A DNA stretch of 63,569 nucleotides, filler included, from Hyphochytrium catenoides (taxonomy: Eukaryota; Protista; Hyphochytriomycota): NCBI GenBank assembly GCA_900088475.1. It is 8 parts of 8 records of this genome, joined end to end, with 100 filler letters (N's around TTAATTAATTAA, not from the genome) between each part and the next. Parts side by side here need not be neighbours in the genome. Positions count along the whole stretch, not along the records: positions 12,790 to 20,233 come from FLMG01003783.1; positions 20,334 to 30,415 come from FLMG01003464.1; 6 more parts are not named here. One strand, 5' to 3'. Positions within the stretch are counted from its first letter, which is position 1. Each line of letters opens with the position of its first letter. The notes beneath the pieces are model-generated. The model searched no databases and had not been told where the DNA came from. It saw only the letters and a program-made list of their open reading frames with translations. Both the position numbers and the translations under genes were made by a program. This document shows, piece by piece, positions 12,790 through 25,755 of the stretch.

Positions 12790-13400
12790 ATAACCCGCTG
12801 CCATTAACCGCTGCCATAACCCGCTGCCCTAGCCCGCTGCGCTAACCCTCTGCCCTAATCCGCTGCCCTAATCCGCTGCCATAACGCGCTGCCATAACAC
12901 GCTGCCCTAACCTGCTGCCTATCCTAATCCGCTGCCTATCCCTAACCCGCTTCCTATCTTAAACTAATCCGCTCCCCTTTCCAAATCCGCTCCGTTATCC
13001 CTATCCCACTACCCTTTCTTACCCGCTGCACAACCCGCTGCCCTAACGCGCTGCCCTACCCGCTGCCATTACCGCTGTCTACCCAACCGTAACCCGCTGC
13101 ATATCCCTAACCCGCTTCCTATCTTATACTTTCCCGCAGCGCCATCCCAAATCCGCTGCCTTATCCAATTACACGTTACCCTTTCTTACCCGCTGTCCGC
13201 TGCTCCTGCCCAAATCCGCTGCATTATCTTTAACCCGCTACCCTTCCTTACCCGCTTCCTTAACCGCTGCCCTAACCAGCTGCCTATCCCTAACCCGCTC
13301 CCTATCTTAAACTAATCCGGTGCCCTATCCCTCAGCCTTATCCCTAACCCGCTGCCCCATCCCAAACCCGCTGCCTTAACCGCAACCCTTCCTTACCCGC
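12790..13400 (+). repeat. Degenerate telomere-derived 13-bp minisatellite (CCCTAACCCGCTG), putative subtelomere
   Basis: Dozens of variants of CCCTAACCCGCTG at the contig start, with the C-rich strand on +. Confidence 0.85.
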
Positions 13401-13577
13401 ACCTTTGAACCCTAGAGCAAAGCCTCCGGAAGAGAAATAGGAGAGAGAGAGGAGAAAGAAAGGAAGAAGAGAGAGAATGAAGCGAGACACAGAGAACCGT
13501 CAGAGCAAAACTGAAAGTGGATAGAGCGACGGAGAAAGGAATAGAGAAGAAGGAGAAGACAGAGAGAGAGAGAGAGT

Positions 13578-14025
13578 AAGTAAAAGAAGGACATGTTGCT
13601 GAGCTAACTAACTCCTTCCAGGTCTCATATTCTTCTTTCAATCTCTTTCTCTCTCTCACACACATATCTATCTTGGCTGGTTGCTGCTGAGCTGCGCGCA
13701 CATGCCTTTCACGAGGCGTAAGTGATCCTGAGAAGCTGCGGCCCAGGGGAACGTGGGGAGTGATGATACCAGGAACTCAGTAGTGAAGAGCAATGCAGGT
13801 TGGCGAGGAGATAGAAGAAGGCACAATTGAGTCGGGAAAAAGAGAAGCGATAATATTCCGAAGGGGAAGGGGCCACAGAAACAGAGAAGAGAAGAGCAGG
13901 CCAGCTACTTAGGGTTAGGGTTAGGGTAACCCTAACCCTAACCCTAAGCGGGAAAAGGGATGAGGCGAGAGCGAGAGAAAAGACGGGAGAAAAAAGAATA
14001 CAGAGAGAAAAAGATAATGGAGAGT

Positions 14026-14060
<35 letters not shown>

Positions 14061-14945
14061 AAGAAGACGGTGAAGAGGGCGGGGGATAAATGGAACATTC
14101 CCAGCAGCCAAGAAAGGCAGTAGCGACAAAGAGCTTGGGAAGGGTTAATGTCAAGCAGGGAGGAACGAGGGGAAGAGAGAGCAAAAGAGAGGAGAGCAGA
14201 GAGGGAGAGGAATGGAGTATAGGGACAGGCAGGAAGGGCGTACAAGTTAGGGCTTCTAAGCGAGAAGAAGAAAGAGAGAAGGGAAGAAGGGAATCGCAAG
14301 GATGAGAGAGAGAGAAAGTGATCAGGGACAGTGTCTAGAGGAAGAGAGGAGACAGAAAAGAGAGAGAGGTAAGGGTGGAGGATGAGAGAGACACAGTGAA
14401 AGTAAGAAAGAAAAAAGAAGTGAGAGAGAGAAAGAGGGAGAGTCAGAGAGGGAGAGACCGAGAAAAAAATCTACCTTCAGAGGCTTACTAAGTTCCTCCT
14501 GAACAATCTTCTTTATCCATCTCTCTCCATCTCTCGCTTCATTCTGCGCCTTGCGAAACTCTACCTCCTGCCGTTTCAGCGTTTTTCTGAAGGAGCTCGA
14601 TCATCGGCCTGATCTGACTATCGTTCTGGATCTTTCTCCATCTAAGCATTGCAAGCTGAGCATCTAGATCTCCCTCTTTTTCTCTCTATTTGTTGACTCT
14701 CTCTCTCTCTCCTCCACTCTGAGGAAGGAGGAAGGAGAAGAATGAGAGGAAGAAGGGGAAAGAAGAAGAGAGAGAGAAGGGTTTTCATGATCCGCTACCT
14801 TGGTCGTACAGAGAAGACTCCGCTCCATCGGACTCTCTCTGTCGGTTGACTTACACTCTCTCTCTCCTAAGTGTCCTTTTTTCTTAATAATGCCGAAGGG
14901 TTCAAGGTCCAAGCTCCTCTCTACTTCACTGAGTACTGCTCTCAC
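13578..14945 (-). pseudogene. Fragmented multi-exon gene of unknown product, possibly a pseudogene
   Basis: Exon-like islands between AG-rich introns. The segment 14663-14475 has AG/GT ends and reads as one helical peptide only if one A is removed from an A5 run. Confidence 0.35.
13908..13948. repeat. Inverted telomeric repeat palindrome (TTAGGG)3 / (CCCTAA)3
   Basis: CTTAGGGTTAGGGTTAGGGT-A-ACCCTAACCCTAACCCTAAG: perfect 20-bp arms around a 1-nt centre. Confidence 0.95.
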
Positions 14946-17819
14946 TGTCTATCAACTGTTTCTCTTTGTGGCTCTCTCTCACTCTCTCTGTGTGTCTCTC
15001 TCACTCTTTTTCCCGGTCTCTCTCTTTCTGTTCTGCGCTCTGGAAGTGACTGCTGAGACTAGTGAAGGAAGCAAAGGCGATGGGACTATGGTGCTTATGA
15101 AGCGAGGTAGAGGAAAGAATAGAAGAGAGAGAGGGGAGAAGAAACAGAGAGAGAGACAGAGCGCGCGCGGGAGAGAGAGAGGAGAGAAACACAGAGAGAG
15201 ACGGAGAGCGAGAGAGAGAGAGCGCGAGAGAGAGGGTGAGAGAGAGACAGAGTTAGAGAGAGACAGAAAGGGAAAGAAAGGGAAGGAGAGGTTAGAAAGA
15301 GTCCATCGTCAAGTTCTCTCTCTGCCTGTATTGTTTTTTCGCTTTGCGGTTTCTGCAGCAAAAGGATATCATCGTCGCCTCGGAGGCTAACGCCAGGCGG
15401 GCATATCTCTTCTCAGAGCGCTATGGCCAGGCTGAGCTTATTCTCCAAGCGTTTTTGCAAGTTGGGACATGGCAAGTGTGCATCTCCCCGGAGGTGATGC
15501 TCCTGAGAAAGCAGAGACCAGCGGAGCTCTACGCAACAGCAAGGCCTCGACTGACTTCAAGTCAGCGAGCAATGGAAAGATTATTCGAGAGGCTAAATCA
15601 TGGCGATCCGCTGGCTCTTGCTTTAGGGGAAGGGAGCAGAGAGCTCGCGACGCCGGGATAAACGTCACTACCATCACCAGACGGCTGCTCCTTTTCAGCT
15701 CAAATATTGACAGTTGCTGAAGTTGACTTATGGTGATAAGCCCTAAACCGGAGGAACAAGAGAGTAACTTCACATCCTTTGTTTCCAGCCGAGCCTGCTG
15801 ATGCGCTCGTTTCTCGTCGGACTCCGTCGATACTCTGTGCATCTGTTTGAAGTACACCTCCTCTGTCAGTTGGTTCTACTACTGTCCGTCAGTTATGGCA
15901 GCTTGGCGGTTGGCTCTTTGTCCCGACAGTCTTTCACACCAACGCCGCTCTCTTTCCCGTTCAGGTATCAGCGGAATGGAGCTGCTAACTGTGCGCTCTA
16001 CCGCACTGAAGCGGCCACCCTACAGTCTGTATATTATGAAGTGTGATGCTTGTGTTACCTTAGGACTTCTTCATTCATCGGATGCTGGACCATGGTTAGA
16101 TTTGGAAAGAACGCTGACGGATGTTCACCGTGTCGAAATCCTTCATCACACGAGAAGCAGCTCTTGTCTTCAGTGAGAGTTAGGGCTCAATTCTATTAGG
16201 CTAGCTCTCGCTCTCTTTTTTGTCTCCTTGTCTCTCTCTCTCTCTCCATTCCTCTCATATTTTGTCTTGCCCTCTCCTTCTTCTCTACGCACACCCTCGC
16301 TATATGCCAACTATTCACAATCATCTCCCCTCGAGAGGCACAATCTTTTTTGGTGGTCCTTGCAGGTAGCCCAAAAAGCTCTCAGGTACCAATCCTGTGT
16401 CTACCAGCCTGGGCAACCCAATCCTGAGTTGCAAGCCAGATAAAGTGACCCTCTTGATTTGTGTTTGTTGCTGCCATGGTCTCGATTACCCTCTGTTCAT
16501 CATAATTGCCTTGTTCCCTTTCCTCCATACCATCATCGCCTTTCACTTTGCTTCGGAGAAGTGAACAAATGCCTAAGCATTCCTTCTCTTGCGGACAACT
16601 CATAATTGCTATCGGCCTCTTCCTAGTTTGCTGTCATATGTGTGTTCTTTAATTCTCGGCTTGTTTCCCGTCTATTCACTCATCCGGTGACATGGAAACA
16701 GACCTGACTTGCAGGCGTATGTGACACAAAGCGGCCATGACTCAGGGACATCTTCGACTTTCGCTCACCGCAGGAGTCGTTATACTCTGATGAGCCAACT
16801 AGTACATTGTACGGTGGAGACTAGCTTCTATTCCTTATTGTAGTCTCGCTCTCTATCTCTCTTCTGTGACGCCTTGGCGGATAATCTGACGTTCTCTTAT
16901 CTTCCTTTCTTTTCGTCTTTTTTTGGTCTTTTTTTCCTCAGGTAGATTGCCCTTGTTGATAATCCTACTTAATTTTGTTGCACGAACAAGAATTCAGCAG
17001 CCTGCTGCTTTGCTCAAGCAGCCTTTAACCAGATAAACTGATGCTCTCTGTACGGCCTCGCCGACAATCTGGTAGCTGTCCTTGGAAGGTCAGACGCTTC
17101 GTTTGGTCTCCGACAGCTTGCAGATGTTTCTCCTCCTCGTACCCTTCCCTAGTTTTCCTTTAGTGGTCATGCTTGTTTGTATATTGTCTATAGAGCTTCG
17201 TCTTGTGCCCACGAGTACCCGTCTGACTTCTCTGACATGAGAGCTGCCGCAGGGGCGCTTCTAATGTAGAGTAGAGTCATGCTGCTTGCGTCTTTTGCCC
17301 ATGGTTCTTCTTGAATGCCCGCCTCCTCAACGAAGAGGCTCATCGTCGCCTTAACTCCTCGACCCCAAGTTTCTTTGGCACGAAAGCATACGCCGTATCA
17401 GACGTGAACGCACGACCAGCTAAACAGGTGCGCTTCAGCAGCGCTCACGTGATCCACCGCAACCGCCCAGCCGTCCTACCTTACACCAGCCTACCTTCCC
17501 AGCGCCTCACGTCAGCGGAAAGGCACTTGCGATTACTGCACAAGCCAGGCCATAGGATACACAAATACAGGAAGGAGCAACGCAACGAAGGGTCCCGCCA
17601 GCCCCGCGTCGTCGCCGCCACTCACTCTACACCTCCAGCCCTTCAGGGTCAACCATCTGGCTCATTGAAGGCGGAGCTAACATTCACATATTATCCTGCC
17701 AAGAGGAGTGGTTTGCTACCTTCACCCTACGGACCCAACCTCCGTCTACGTCGCGAACCCCTGCGTCACTGCCACTGCTGCCACTGGTTGCGACGACATC
17801 TTTCTCTCTCAGGCATTGA

Positions 17820-18840
17820 TGGCGAACATTCTATTATTCACCTCACCAACAACGTCCTCTACGTAGCCGAGCCCGCCCAAAACCTCCTAAGCGTCTTAGT
17901 TGCTACCGCGTCTTCTCTGGACCTCTGTTCTCTTCCAGGACCCTTCCACTCGCGTCACCTACGCTCAAAATCACAGGCAAGACAAACTCTTTGCCCTCTT
18001 CTCCACCTATTATCCCCTACTACTGTGCCTTCCTCGCTCTCAGCCCAAGCCCTTCTTCTTCTTATCTTCCTTCTCTCTCTGGCACCTTCGTCCCCCCTCC
18101 TTCCTTGTCGCTACCAACCTAACGGCCTTAGCCACCAGCGGGGACTTCCCGACTGTGAACGCTGTGCCTCGGAAAAGGCAATACCTCAACTTATCCTCCC
18201 CGCACCAGCAGCCGACCAGGCTTGCCTGCAACACTGGATGTTCCACTCCGACATCGCTGGCCCCTTCGTTGTCCCTTTCCTCGGCCGACCTCGCTCCTCT
18301 TACATCTTCCGGTTGACGAGCACCCCCAGCTTTGTAACGGTTACCTACAAGAAGCCAAGAGAGAGACCTTTCCCAATTACCTGGCCTTCGATTGAAGCGG
18401 CAGTGAAGCACCAAACAGGTCTACAGCTGAAGATTCCCGGAAGAAGTGATATAGGTGGAGAGTAATAGACCTCCCACGCCTTCGCTATTCAGCTGGAAAC
18501 AAAGGCATCATGCATGATCATTGAGCTCACCGTACCATACTCTCGCACTCAAAATGGCCTCGCAGATTGTATGAAGTTCACCGTCACCGCGACAGCCCCC
18601 GCTATGCTACAAGCGGCCAACATTCCCCGCCTTCTCTGGGAAGAAGCCTTTAGTGCGCCATCTATTTGCGTAACCGTTCCCCATAGCGTTCTTCAAGAAG
18701 GCCGCATCCTTTTGAGGCCTGGTACAGATAGCCTCCCTCTCTCTCTCATCTCCCTCGGCAGCAAACTGGACGTCCGGAGCAAGCGCAGGAGCTTCCTCGG
18801 CTACGAGCTACACACTACAGGCTACCGTGTTCGCCCGCGT
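17820..18840 (+). mobile_element. Degenerate Ty1/copia LTR-retrotransposon pol remnant (protease end, GAG-pre-integrase, integrase)
   Basis: Ordered copia motifs: NVLYVAEPAQNLLSV; CERC; FHSDIAGP; RSDIGGE then a stop; ELTVPYSRTQNGLAD; AMLQAANIPRLLWEEA; KLDVRSKRRSFLGY..TGYRV. Stops and frameshifts present; no RT or LTR recognised. Confidence 0.88.
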
Positions 18841-20233
18841 CTTTGTTATCCCCAGCGTTATCGCTCACGAAGACTCCTTCTCTACCGCCAGTATGCCTCC
18901 CCTACTAGCCTTCCCTCTGCCTCGCTTTCCCTTCCTCCAGCCACTTCGTACTTCGATCTTATTACTACTTCTGCCCTCCTTCTCCTGAGCTTTCCACTAA
19001 GGCCCTCTTCCCGAGGAGCCTTCTTCTTCCCTGATCCTTCCGAGCCTTCCTTCCCTTCCTCCTCTGACCTCGCTCCTCGGGGCCTTGATAATCAAGACAT
19101 TATCAAGAGTCAGACCAAATCCGCTCGCTCCTGCTACAACCTTACCTGCCACCAGTTCCTCCTCTCGCCAAAAGGATCACACAGAGCCTCACTAGATTCG
19201 CTACCCCTGCCAGTTATACTGCCACCAGCACTGGTCCCAACCTTACCGAAGCTCCTTCCACTCACACTGAAGCCCTTCAACACCCAGACGCCTCTCTTTG
19301 TAACATGCAGCCCAACCTCTCCTAGCTAGACGTTCAAAAATTAAAGGGCTGATGTCTCTAAACCTGTGCCCAGCTCGCCCCTTTCCCTTATTATCAGGTA
19401 GAGCAACCCGCAAAGCTGATAACTGTTGATAGGTAGTAGAAGAGCTCTTTCCCTTACCGTATAATCGTTTCTTTGTCCGCGCGTCTGCCAGGACTCTCCT
19501 ACCTTCTTCTTGTTGTTGTGCAGGGCTCACAGGTGCTTGTCTTTTTGGGCTGAGAAACGTCCTTGCTGCATCTACTACTACAGACAATGAGGATGGGCTA
19601 CGTTGTTATTCAAGTTGACGTGATGCAGGATGCAAATAGGCAGACACTTCTCCTCCAGTGATCCTGGCTATATCTAGAGGACACGAAGAATCCCCAGGGA
19701 CAATGGCCAGGGACATTCTATGGCAAGACTAAGTAGTAAAAGAAGAGCCATGTCTGCCAGAGGAGTAGGCTGTCGTCCCACTCTGCGTTTCCTCGCTCTC
19801 GCAGAGAAACAGGGGGGAGAATAGCCTTTATCCTTATCCTCAGCATGTCTTAGCTACCAGTTAAATACCGTTTTCTCCTAGTTGGACTCTCCTCTCCACA
19901 GATGATAACCTTACTTTAGGCCATTTGCCTCTGTTCCGAACTTTCTATGCACCCCTCACTCTTACAGCCACCCCCTAAACATCAACATAGACTGCAACGG
20001 TGACGGACAGCCTACTAAGAAGCTTCTTGTTATAAGCTCGTTTCTCTGGTCTGTGGCTCGCTCGCTTCCTATTTGTCTCCGTCCTCGCTTGCTCCCTTCC
20101 CTTTCTTACGCAGCCAGTGAGAGCAACAATGTATAAATACTAAGTAGAGGCGTCAATGCAACTGCCAACAATAACTCTGGTACTTTCGGTTCTCCTTGCC
20201 TCCTCCTTCTGATTCCAGAATCAGTTGATATTC

Positions 20234-20333
20234 NNNNNNNNNNNNNNNNNNNNNNNNNNNNNNNNNNNNNNNNNNNNTTAATTAATTAANNNNNNNNNNN
20301 NNNNNNNNNNNNNNNNNNNNNNNNNNNNNNNNN
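20234..20333. other. Artificial contig linker
   Basis: N44-TTAATTAATTAA-N44. Confidence 0.97.
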
Positions 20334-23300
20334 GCACTTTTCCCTAGGGCCTTTGTGATCACAAGGAGAGAAATATCAAGCTTATTCTGCAGAAGGTCTG
20401 AAATAATCCCTTTAGCATAGGTCACAGCGCCGTCCACATCTCTCTCGATCAGAATCTTTTTCAAGCATTGGTCCACCACTTGGCGAACGAGCAAGCAATT
20501 GTCACGGCGAACCTACAAAATGATGAGCCAAGTCAGAATATAGCTCTAGAGACCACGAGTAAATTTGCATATAATGCTCCTTGACTTAAGGCCATTATAA
20601 GTCGAGTTGAAGGAAGTCCTTACAGTCTCCAAGCCCTTGGTATCCATCTTATCGTGTGTCTCAGGCTTCGTCCAGAGCAGCCCGGCGTACCTCTTCTTGT
20701 TCATCAAGAGGTAGGGGTAATAGACCTTCTCAAACTCAAGCTGGATAGGGGGAGGAAATATAGAAGAGACCTAGAGGAAAATGGTTAGTACAGGTTGATG
20801 TCAGTGGCGCTCGCCTCGACCAAGGCATCCCGCTCTTTCGATGTATTGATTAGAGTGTCAATTACATATGCAATGACTGGTTTCTCTTAGGTTTGCTTGT
20901 TATCAGCACAGGTTCCGTCCCTTTGTGTTCTCTCCATCAGACTCCCAGCTGTTTCCGAACAGCTCTCTTCTAACTCTTACCTTTGACGCGGCCTCTTCTG
21001 CAAGCGGCATCGCTTCAAGTACTGTCTTCACTCCAAAGTTGACCATCACAGAGTCCGTATCACCGTAGACCACGTCCGCTGTAGCTGGATAGCCTTTGAT
21101 ATGTAGCAGGGGCAAATTGAATTATGAAACCATCGCATTAGCTTTCAGAGAGCAAAGACAGGAGCCACATTAAGGGAGAGAAACGGACAGGAGCCACATT
21201 AAGGGAGAGAAACGGACAGGAGCCACTTTAAAGAAAAGAGGCACACAGGAGGTGCACAGGACAAAAAATCGAGAGCTCAGATATGGCTTCCTAACCATTC
21301 TCTACGGTGTAGATCCTCTCTATCTCCGCCTTAGTCTGGAAGAGAAGGTCGCGACCTACGCATGGAGCTAATCAGTCTCAAAAAAGTTCAGGGAGAATGG
21401 CATGATGTTCCTCATGTTCACCCAGAATCATCTATCTTCGGAAGCTCACAATGATAAGAAGGATGCATCTCGCTTAAACAGAAACAGCAGCAGGTAACAG
21501 GGTGGAGAATCGAAATAGCGTCGCATCTTCCGCCCTTACCATAAGCGGTGACACTGCTTGCAATGGGAACACATGGCAACTGACCAACAGTGGCACCTGT
21601 GAAACCATATACGGAGTTTGCGCTAATCTTAAGCGCCAGTTGCCGACCATTCTGTACCGCCTTTTCCATGGGGTCAGTTGCTGCCGCCATATCCTTCTTT
21701 GCACGCTTCCGAGCTGCCAACAACTCCTCAAGAATTTTCGGGAGAATTCCTGTATCCATGTTAAGTACCAACGTAGCCAAAGGAGACGATGAGCTTACGA
21801 TTCCCAATGAGCGGGCGAGGGCGGTTGGCTACTCAATGGCAGGTTGAGAGACAAAGAGGAGTTAATACACTCCATGACCTAACGCCAACACAATACCTTT
21901 TTGGGTTGTGGCTTTGACGAAGTAATCTCCGCTAGGGGACTTCTGATATTGATCAGGACTTAGTTTACTGACATCCTGCTTGGCGACAAGCGTTGAATAA
22001 CACAAGTTGTAGGCCTGGAGGGGTGTCTCGGACGTCAGCCTTTGTTACTCACAGCAATCTGCACTGGTCTACTAGTCTCTCCTACCTGCATGATGGAAGG
22101 GTATAATGATGCAAAATCTAAGGTTGCTACTGGCTCCTGGTAATACCCTTTCTTGGGTTCTATCACAGTCGCTCCCTCGTACGTAACGTCTGAGCTCTCC
22201 CGTGGAAGGACTGGAATCAACAGCCCAACCTGACGACATTTTCTCAGAAGCATTGACAAGACTACAAAGAGACGGAGGGAAGGAAGTTAACGTAAATTGT
22301 CGGGGTTAAGGCGAGAAGGAGATATCGTAGGATGCTCCCGGATTGAACCCAAGAACAAGAAATCTTGAAAAAGGTGTGGACTAAGAGGGTAGCTGGCCAT
22401 CATGTAAGATCCAACCCTTCAAGGCCTCGAGCCTATTTTCACTCCATGGACTGCCACAAACTCTCATTTCTTCAACATACCCTTGACTACTATTTACACT
22501 TTACCTTTAATCTGTTGTCCTCTTGTAACTAAAAAGTCGAGAGGCACGCCTGTCACTCTTGCCATCTCAATGTAGTTCACAACTACCGAGAGCTTCTCCA
22601 TGAGCTGCAGAGGAAGGTACGCATCCTTCAGGCAGTAAACCGCCAGCCGTCTTCGGTCTTCCTCTGTTCCCTCTTGCAAGTCGCTGCAAGTAAAACCACA
22701 CTCAGAGACGGAGACATATGTCTGATTGATTCAAAAGTAAAAGAAGTCTCCTACGCCCTTTGGGACGCTTCAGCTATCATCTCTGAAACGTCGCGAGCAA
22801 TCCATACCTGATGATGGTGTGGTGTACGTCCTCCTTTTGCTGATTTAAGAAAGTAGCGCTGACATTGTTTAGCGAGTAGGAGGAGAGCTTGTGGTTCCTC
22901 TGCATGTAGGGCAGCATATCAAATGTTGACCGTCCCTCAATTGTGGTCTGCACACTCTCACTCTTGCCATAGGCTGAGGATTGGAAAGTGGTGTTCTGCA
23001 TCTTGCATTTACTATATGGAGGGGCACGAAGTGGGAAAAAGGTATGCCAGTTAGTTTGAGACGTTAGATAGACGGACGAGATTATGAGCTAGATAAAAGC
23101 GGGACATGAGCCTATGTGGAGTTATCGCAGGCAAACGAGGAAGTTGAGGTATTCGCATCCCAAAAACGTGAACGACGTAAGAGAGGAACAGGCAATAGTG
23201 TCAACCCCATGGGCCCCTCTACCTGTTTTTGATCCTTCCCCAAAACCAGAAAGGATTCTCTATGCCCAAAGTCTTCGCTCTGTCCAGTAAATACTTCATA

Positions 23301-25289
23301 TCGAAGTTCGCCACATTGTAGCCGGTGATAACATCGGCATCGACCTCTCTCATGAACTCTGCCCACTTTTTCAGTAGCTCTTTCTCATTCGAGAACGACA
23401 GGACTTGAGCCCCAACGATAGGGTTGCATGTGTTGAGGACGAATACATTGCGGATGGTAGGCTTGGCAGACCCGTGCGTGGCCATCACATTGGCTATTTG
23501 GATGACCGGATCCTTATAAAATGGTCGCAGAGTTAGAGCAGGTAAATGGACAAGTCGGCGGAGCAAACAGATAGACTCCTTCAAAGGTCCACAGCATGTG
23601 CCGACACCTAAGCTGTAACAATCTACGCCTTCCCAAATAGCAGGGTCGCCGTGACGAAGAGGCAAAGGGCAAGAAGAAAGTCAAGGTGGAACCTTGTCCG
23701 AGAAGCTCTGGCATAAATAGATGACGTTTCGTATGGAGTCACCTTCTCGGCTTCTGGGAAATGTCCTTTGCGTCCTTGGCATTCAATATCAAAGGAAAGA
23801 ATCCTTAGAGGAGCGATTTTACTCCATCTTCCTTCTGCCGAGTGGCTTATGAGGTTGTTGAAAACTACGTCGCACTCAATCTGGCACCTGGTCAAGAAAC
23901 AGGTGTCAGAGACAACAAACCCTTGATGCAGTTCAACGAGTTTGGACACATTCTTTCCAGCCCGTTAATCAAATCTAGCATGTCTTGATGCCTGGCATGC
24001 CTTTATGATCCCTTTAATCTGTCCTCTCCCTCCTTGCCCTACTCACCTGGAGATCTTTTTCTCATCTCTCCGTACGGAATAGGTGCCAGCTGGCATCTCT
24101 ACCCAGTTACAACCCGTTATATCCTGATCTATCATAAAGCGAAGAACGAAAGGCACGTTGCTCTCGAAGGTGGTATACGAGCGACTGCTATCTCCTGTAA
24201 ATGGAGAGAACATGGGCAACGGCATGAAACCACCTTAAGTCATTGGCGAACAGGGAGAGTAGAGGTGCTCCAGGATGAATAAAGTCCAAGGAGCACCCAC
24301 CGGAAAAAGGAAGTAAACAAGGGAATGGCCCCTAACAGTTAAGGGGCTTCCAGGTACCTGGTGCTGCAAAGCCCTTCTCTAGCAAACTTCGCACTTTGGG
24401 GACAATCGTTGGCATCTTCACATAGATCTTCAAGAAGTTTCTCGTGGCACCAAAACTGTAGCCATAGATTGACTGCTTCTCCTCCATCTCAACGGATAGG
24501 ATGGACGCTACTCTATCGAGAGAACGATCATTTCCTGCTACACGCTAGTGGAAAGGACGCCAAAAAGAAAGGTTTCAGCAAAGAGCATCGCGTCAGCAGC
24601 TGCACTAGACTTACGGCTTCGAGTGCTTCTCTGAAGGCTCCAAGCTGGTCAGAGGTCATGCTAGGCGGACACGTGGCCCAAAGATAAGGCGTGAAGCCAT
24701 GTATGTGTATCAGCACGCTGTTTCCAGACTCTGTGACTCCGTACAGGCGAATGATAGGTACCACGCCCTCAGAGGACCCTAACAAGGGCTGTCCTTTGCA
24801 TGGATTTACTTGCAGCGGCGGTCCGGCGTACATATCTATATCGATCCACTGGATAGCTACAGGCAAGCCCGACTACGTGAGTAAAAAGGATACACCTGAG
24901 CTACCACCAAGCATATGCTGACTTACCTATGCTGTCTGTTTCTGGTTTTATGACTGGGCAAGGCGGCCGCCTCCACTTCATGGCCTCTGTGGGAACTTCT
25001 CGACGGTCATCCAAAAGTTCTACTTCATAATTTGACTCCATCAGCGCTTCTTCCTCTTGCATCATCATCAGGTCGTCCTCAAACCTACAGAGTATCTATC
25101 GTTAGAGAAGCCTGGCAGAGAACAGTTCTTCGCCACTTTAACTTACGATCCCCCTTCCTGCGAGCCGTTGCCCATGGCGTTGGGCTTGAATGCGGGTCCC
25201 GCGTTCTTAGGTGCCGTCTTTTGTCTCTTCATATTGGGGTTGCTACCAAACCCGTTGGTGGCTTGGCCCTGGCGTTTAGGTTCAACCAT
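20334..25289 (-). CDS. POLD1: DNA polymerase delta catalytic subunit; multi-exon, 3' truncated at contig end
   Basis: Family B motifs: [10 protein letters not shown] (Exo I), [14 protein letters not shown] (Exo II), LAVYCLKDA (Exo III), [60 protein letters not shown] at 25289. Confidence 0.96.
21157..21232. repeat. 29-bp intronic tandem repeat (~2.6 copies)
   Basis: GACAGGAGCCACATTAAGGGAGAGAAACG repeated inside a POLD1 intron. Confidence 0.9.
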
Positions 25290-25755
25290 GGTGCTCGCGA
25301 CAGTGCAGGAAGTCGCTGTCAGGCTGAAGAGGTCGATGCCGCTTTGTGCAAGGCTCGAACTGAGACTTCAGCCCGCAAAAGAGGAAGAAGAGTTGCAGAT
25401 GAAGAGAAATCACCGCCTGTTCTGAACTCCACAGTGTCTTTTTTTTTTGTTTTGGCGGCAAAAGTGGCAGATTACAAACCTTATATAAACGGAACCTCTG
25501 CATTGTTTGAGCCCTTTACTCTGGTCTCATTAGCCAGAGAACGAATTAATTAAGGTCTACACACCTCCCGCCAACAAGATTCTTTTAGCTTTGCTACCAA
25601 GGCCCATAGTTTCGGGAGAGAGGTCTATTTTTGGTAGAATCTCCGCTAATGGTAATGAACTACTGTTCGATGTGATTGATGGCAGAAGCCATAGTAGAGG
25701 CCCCCAAGCGCCGCACAGATCTTATAAAAAGAGATTGGTCGAGATGATGATGGCT

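Noticed and set aside
20334-25289. PolB as a viral or Polinton/Maverick polymerase
   Set aside because: Intron-rich, carries Pol delta-specific motifs and lies next to GCP2; no capsid, integrase or ATPase genes.
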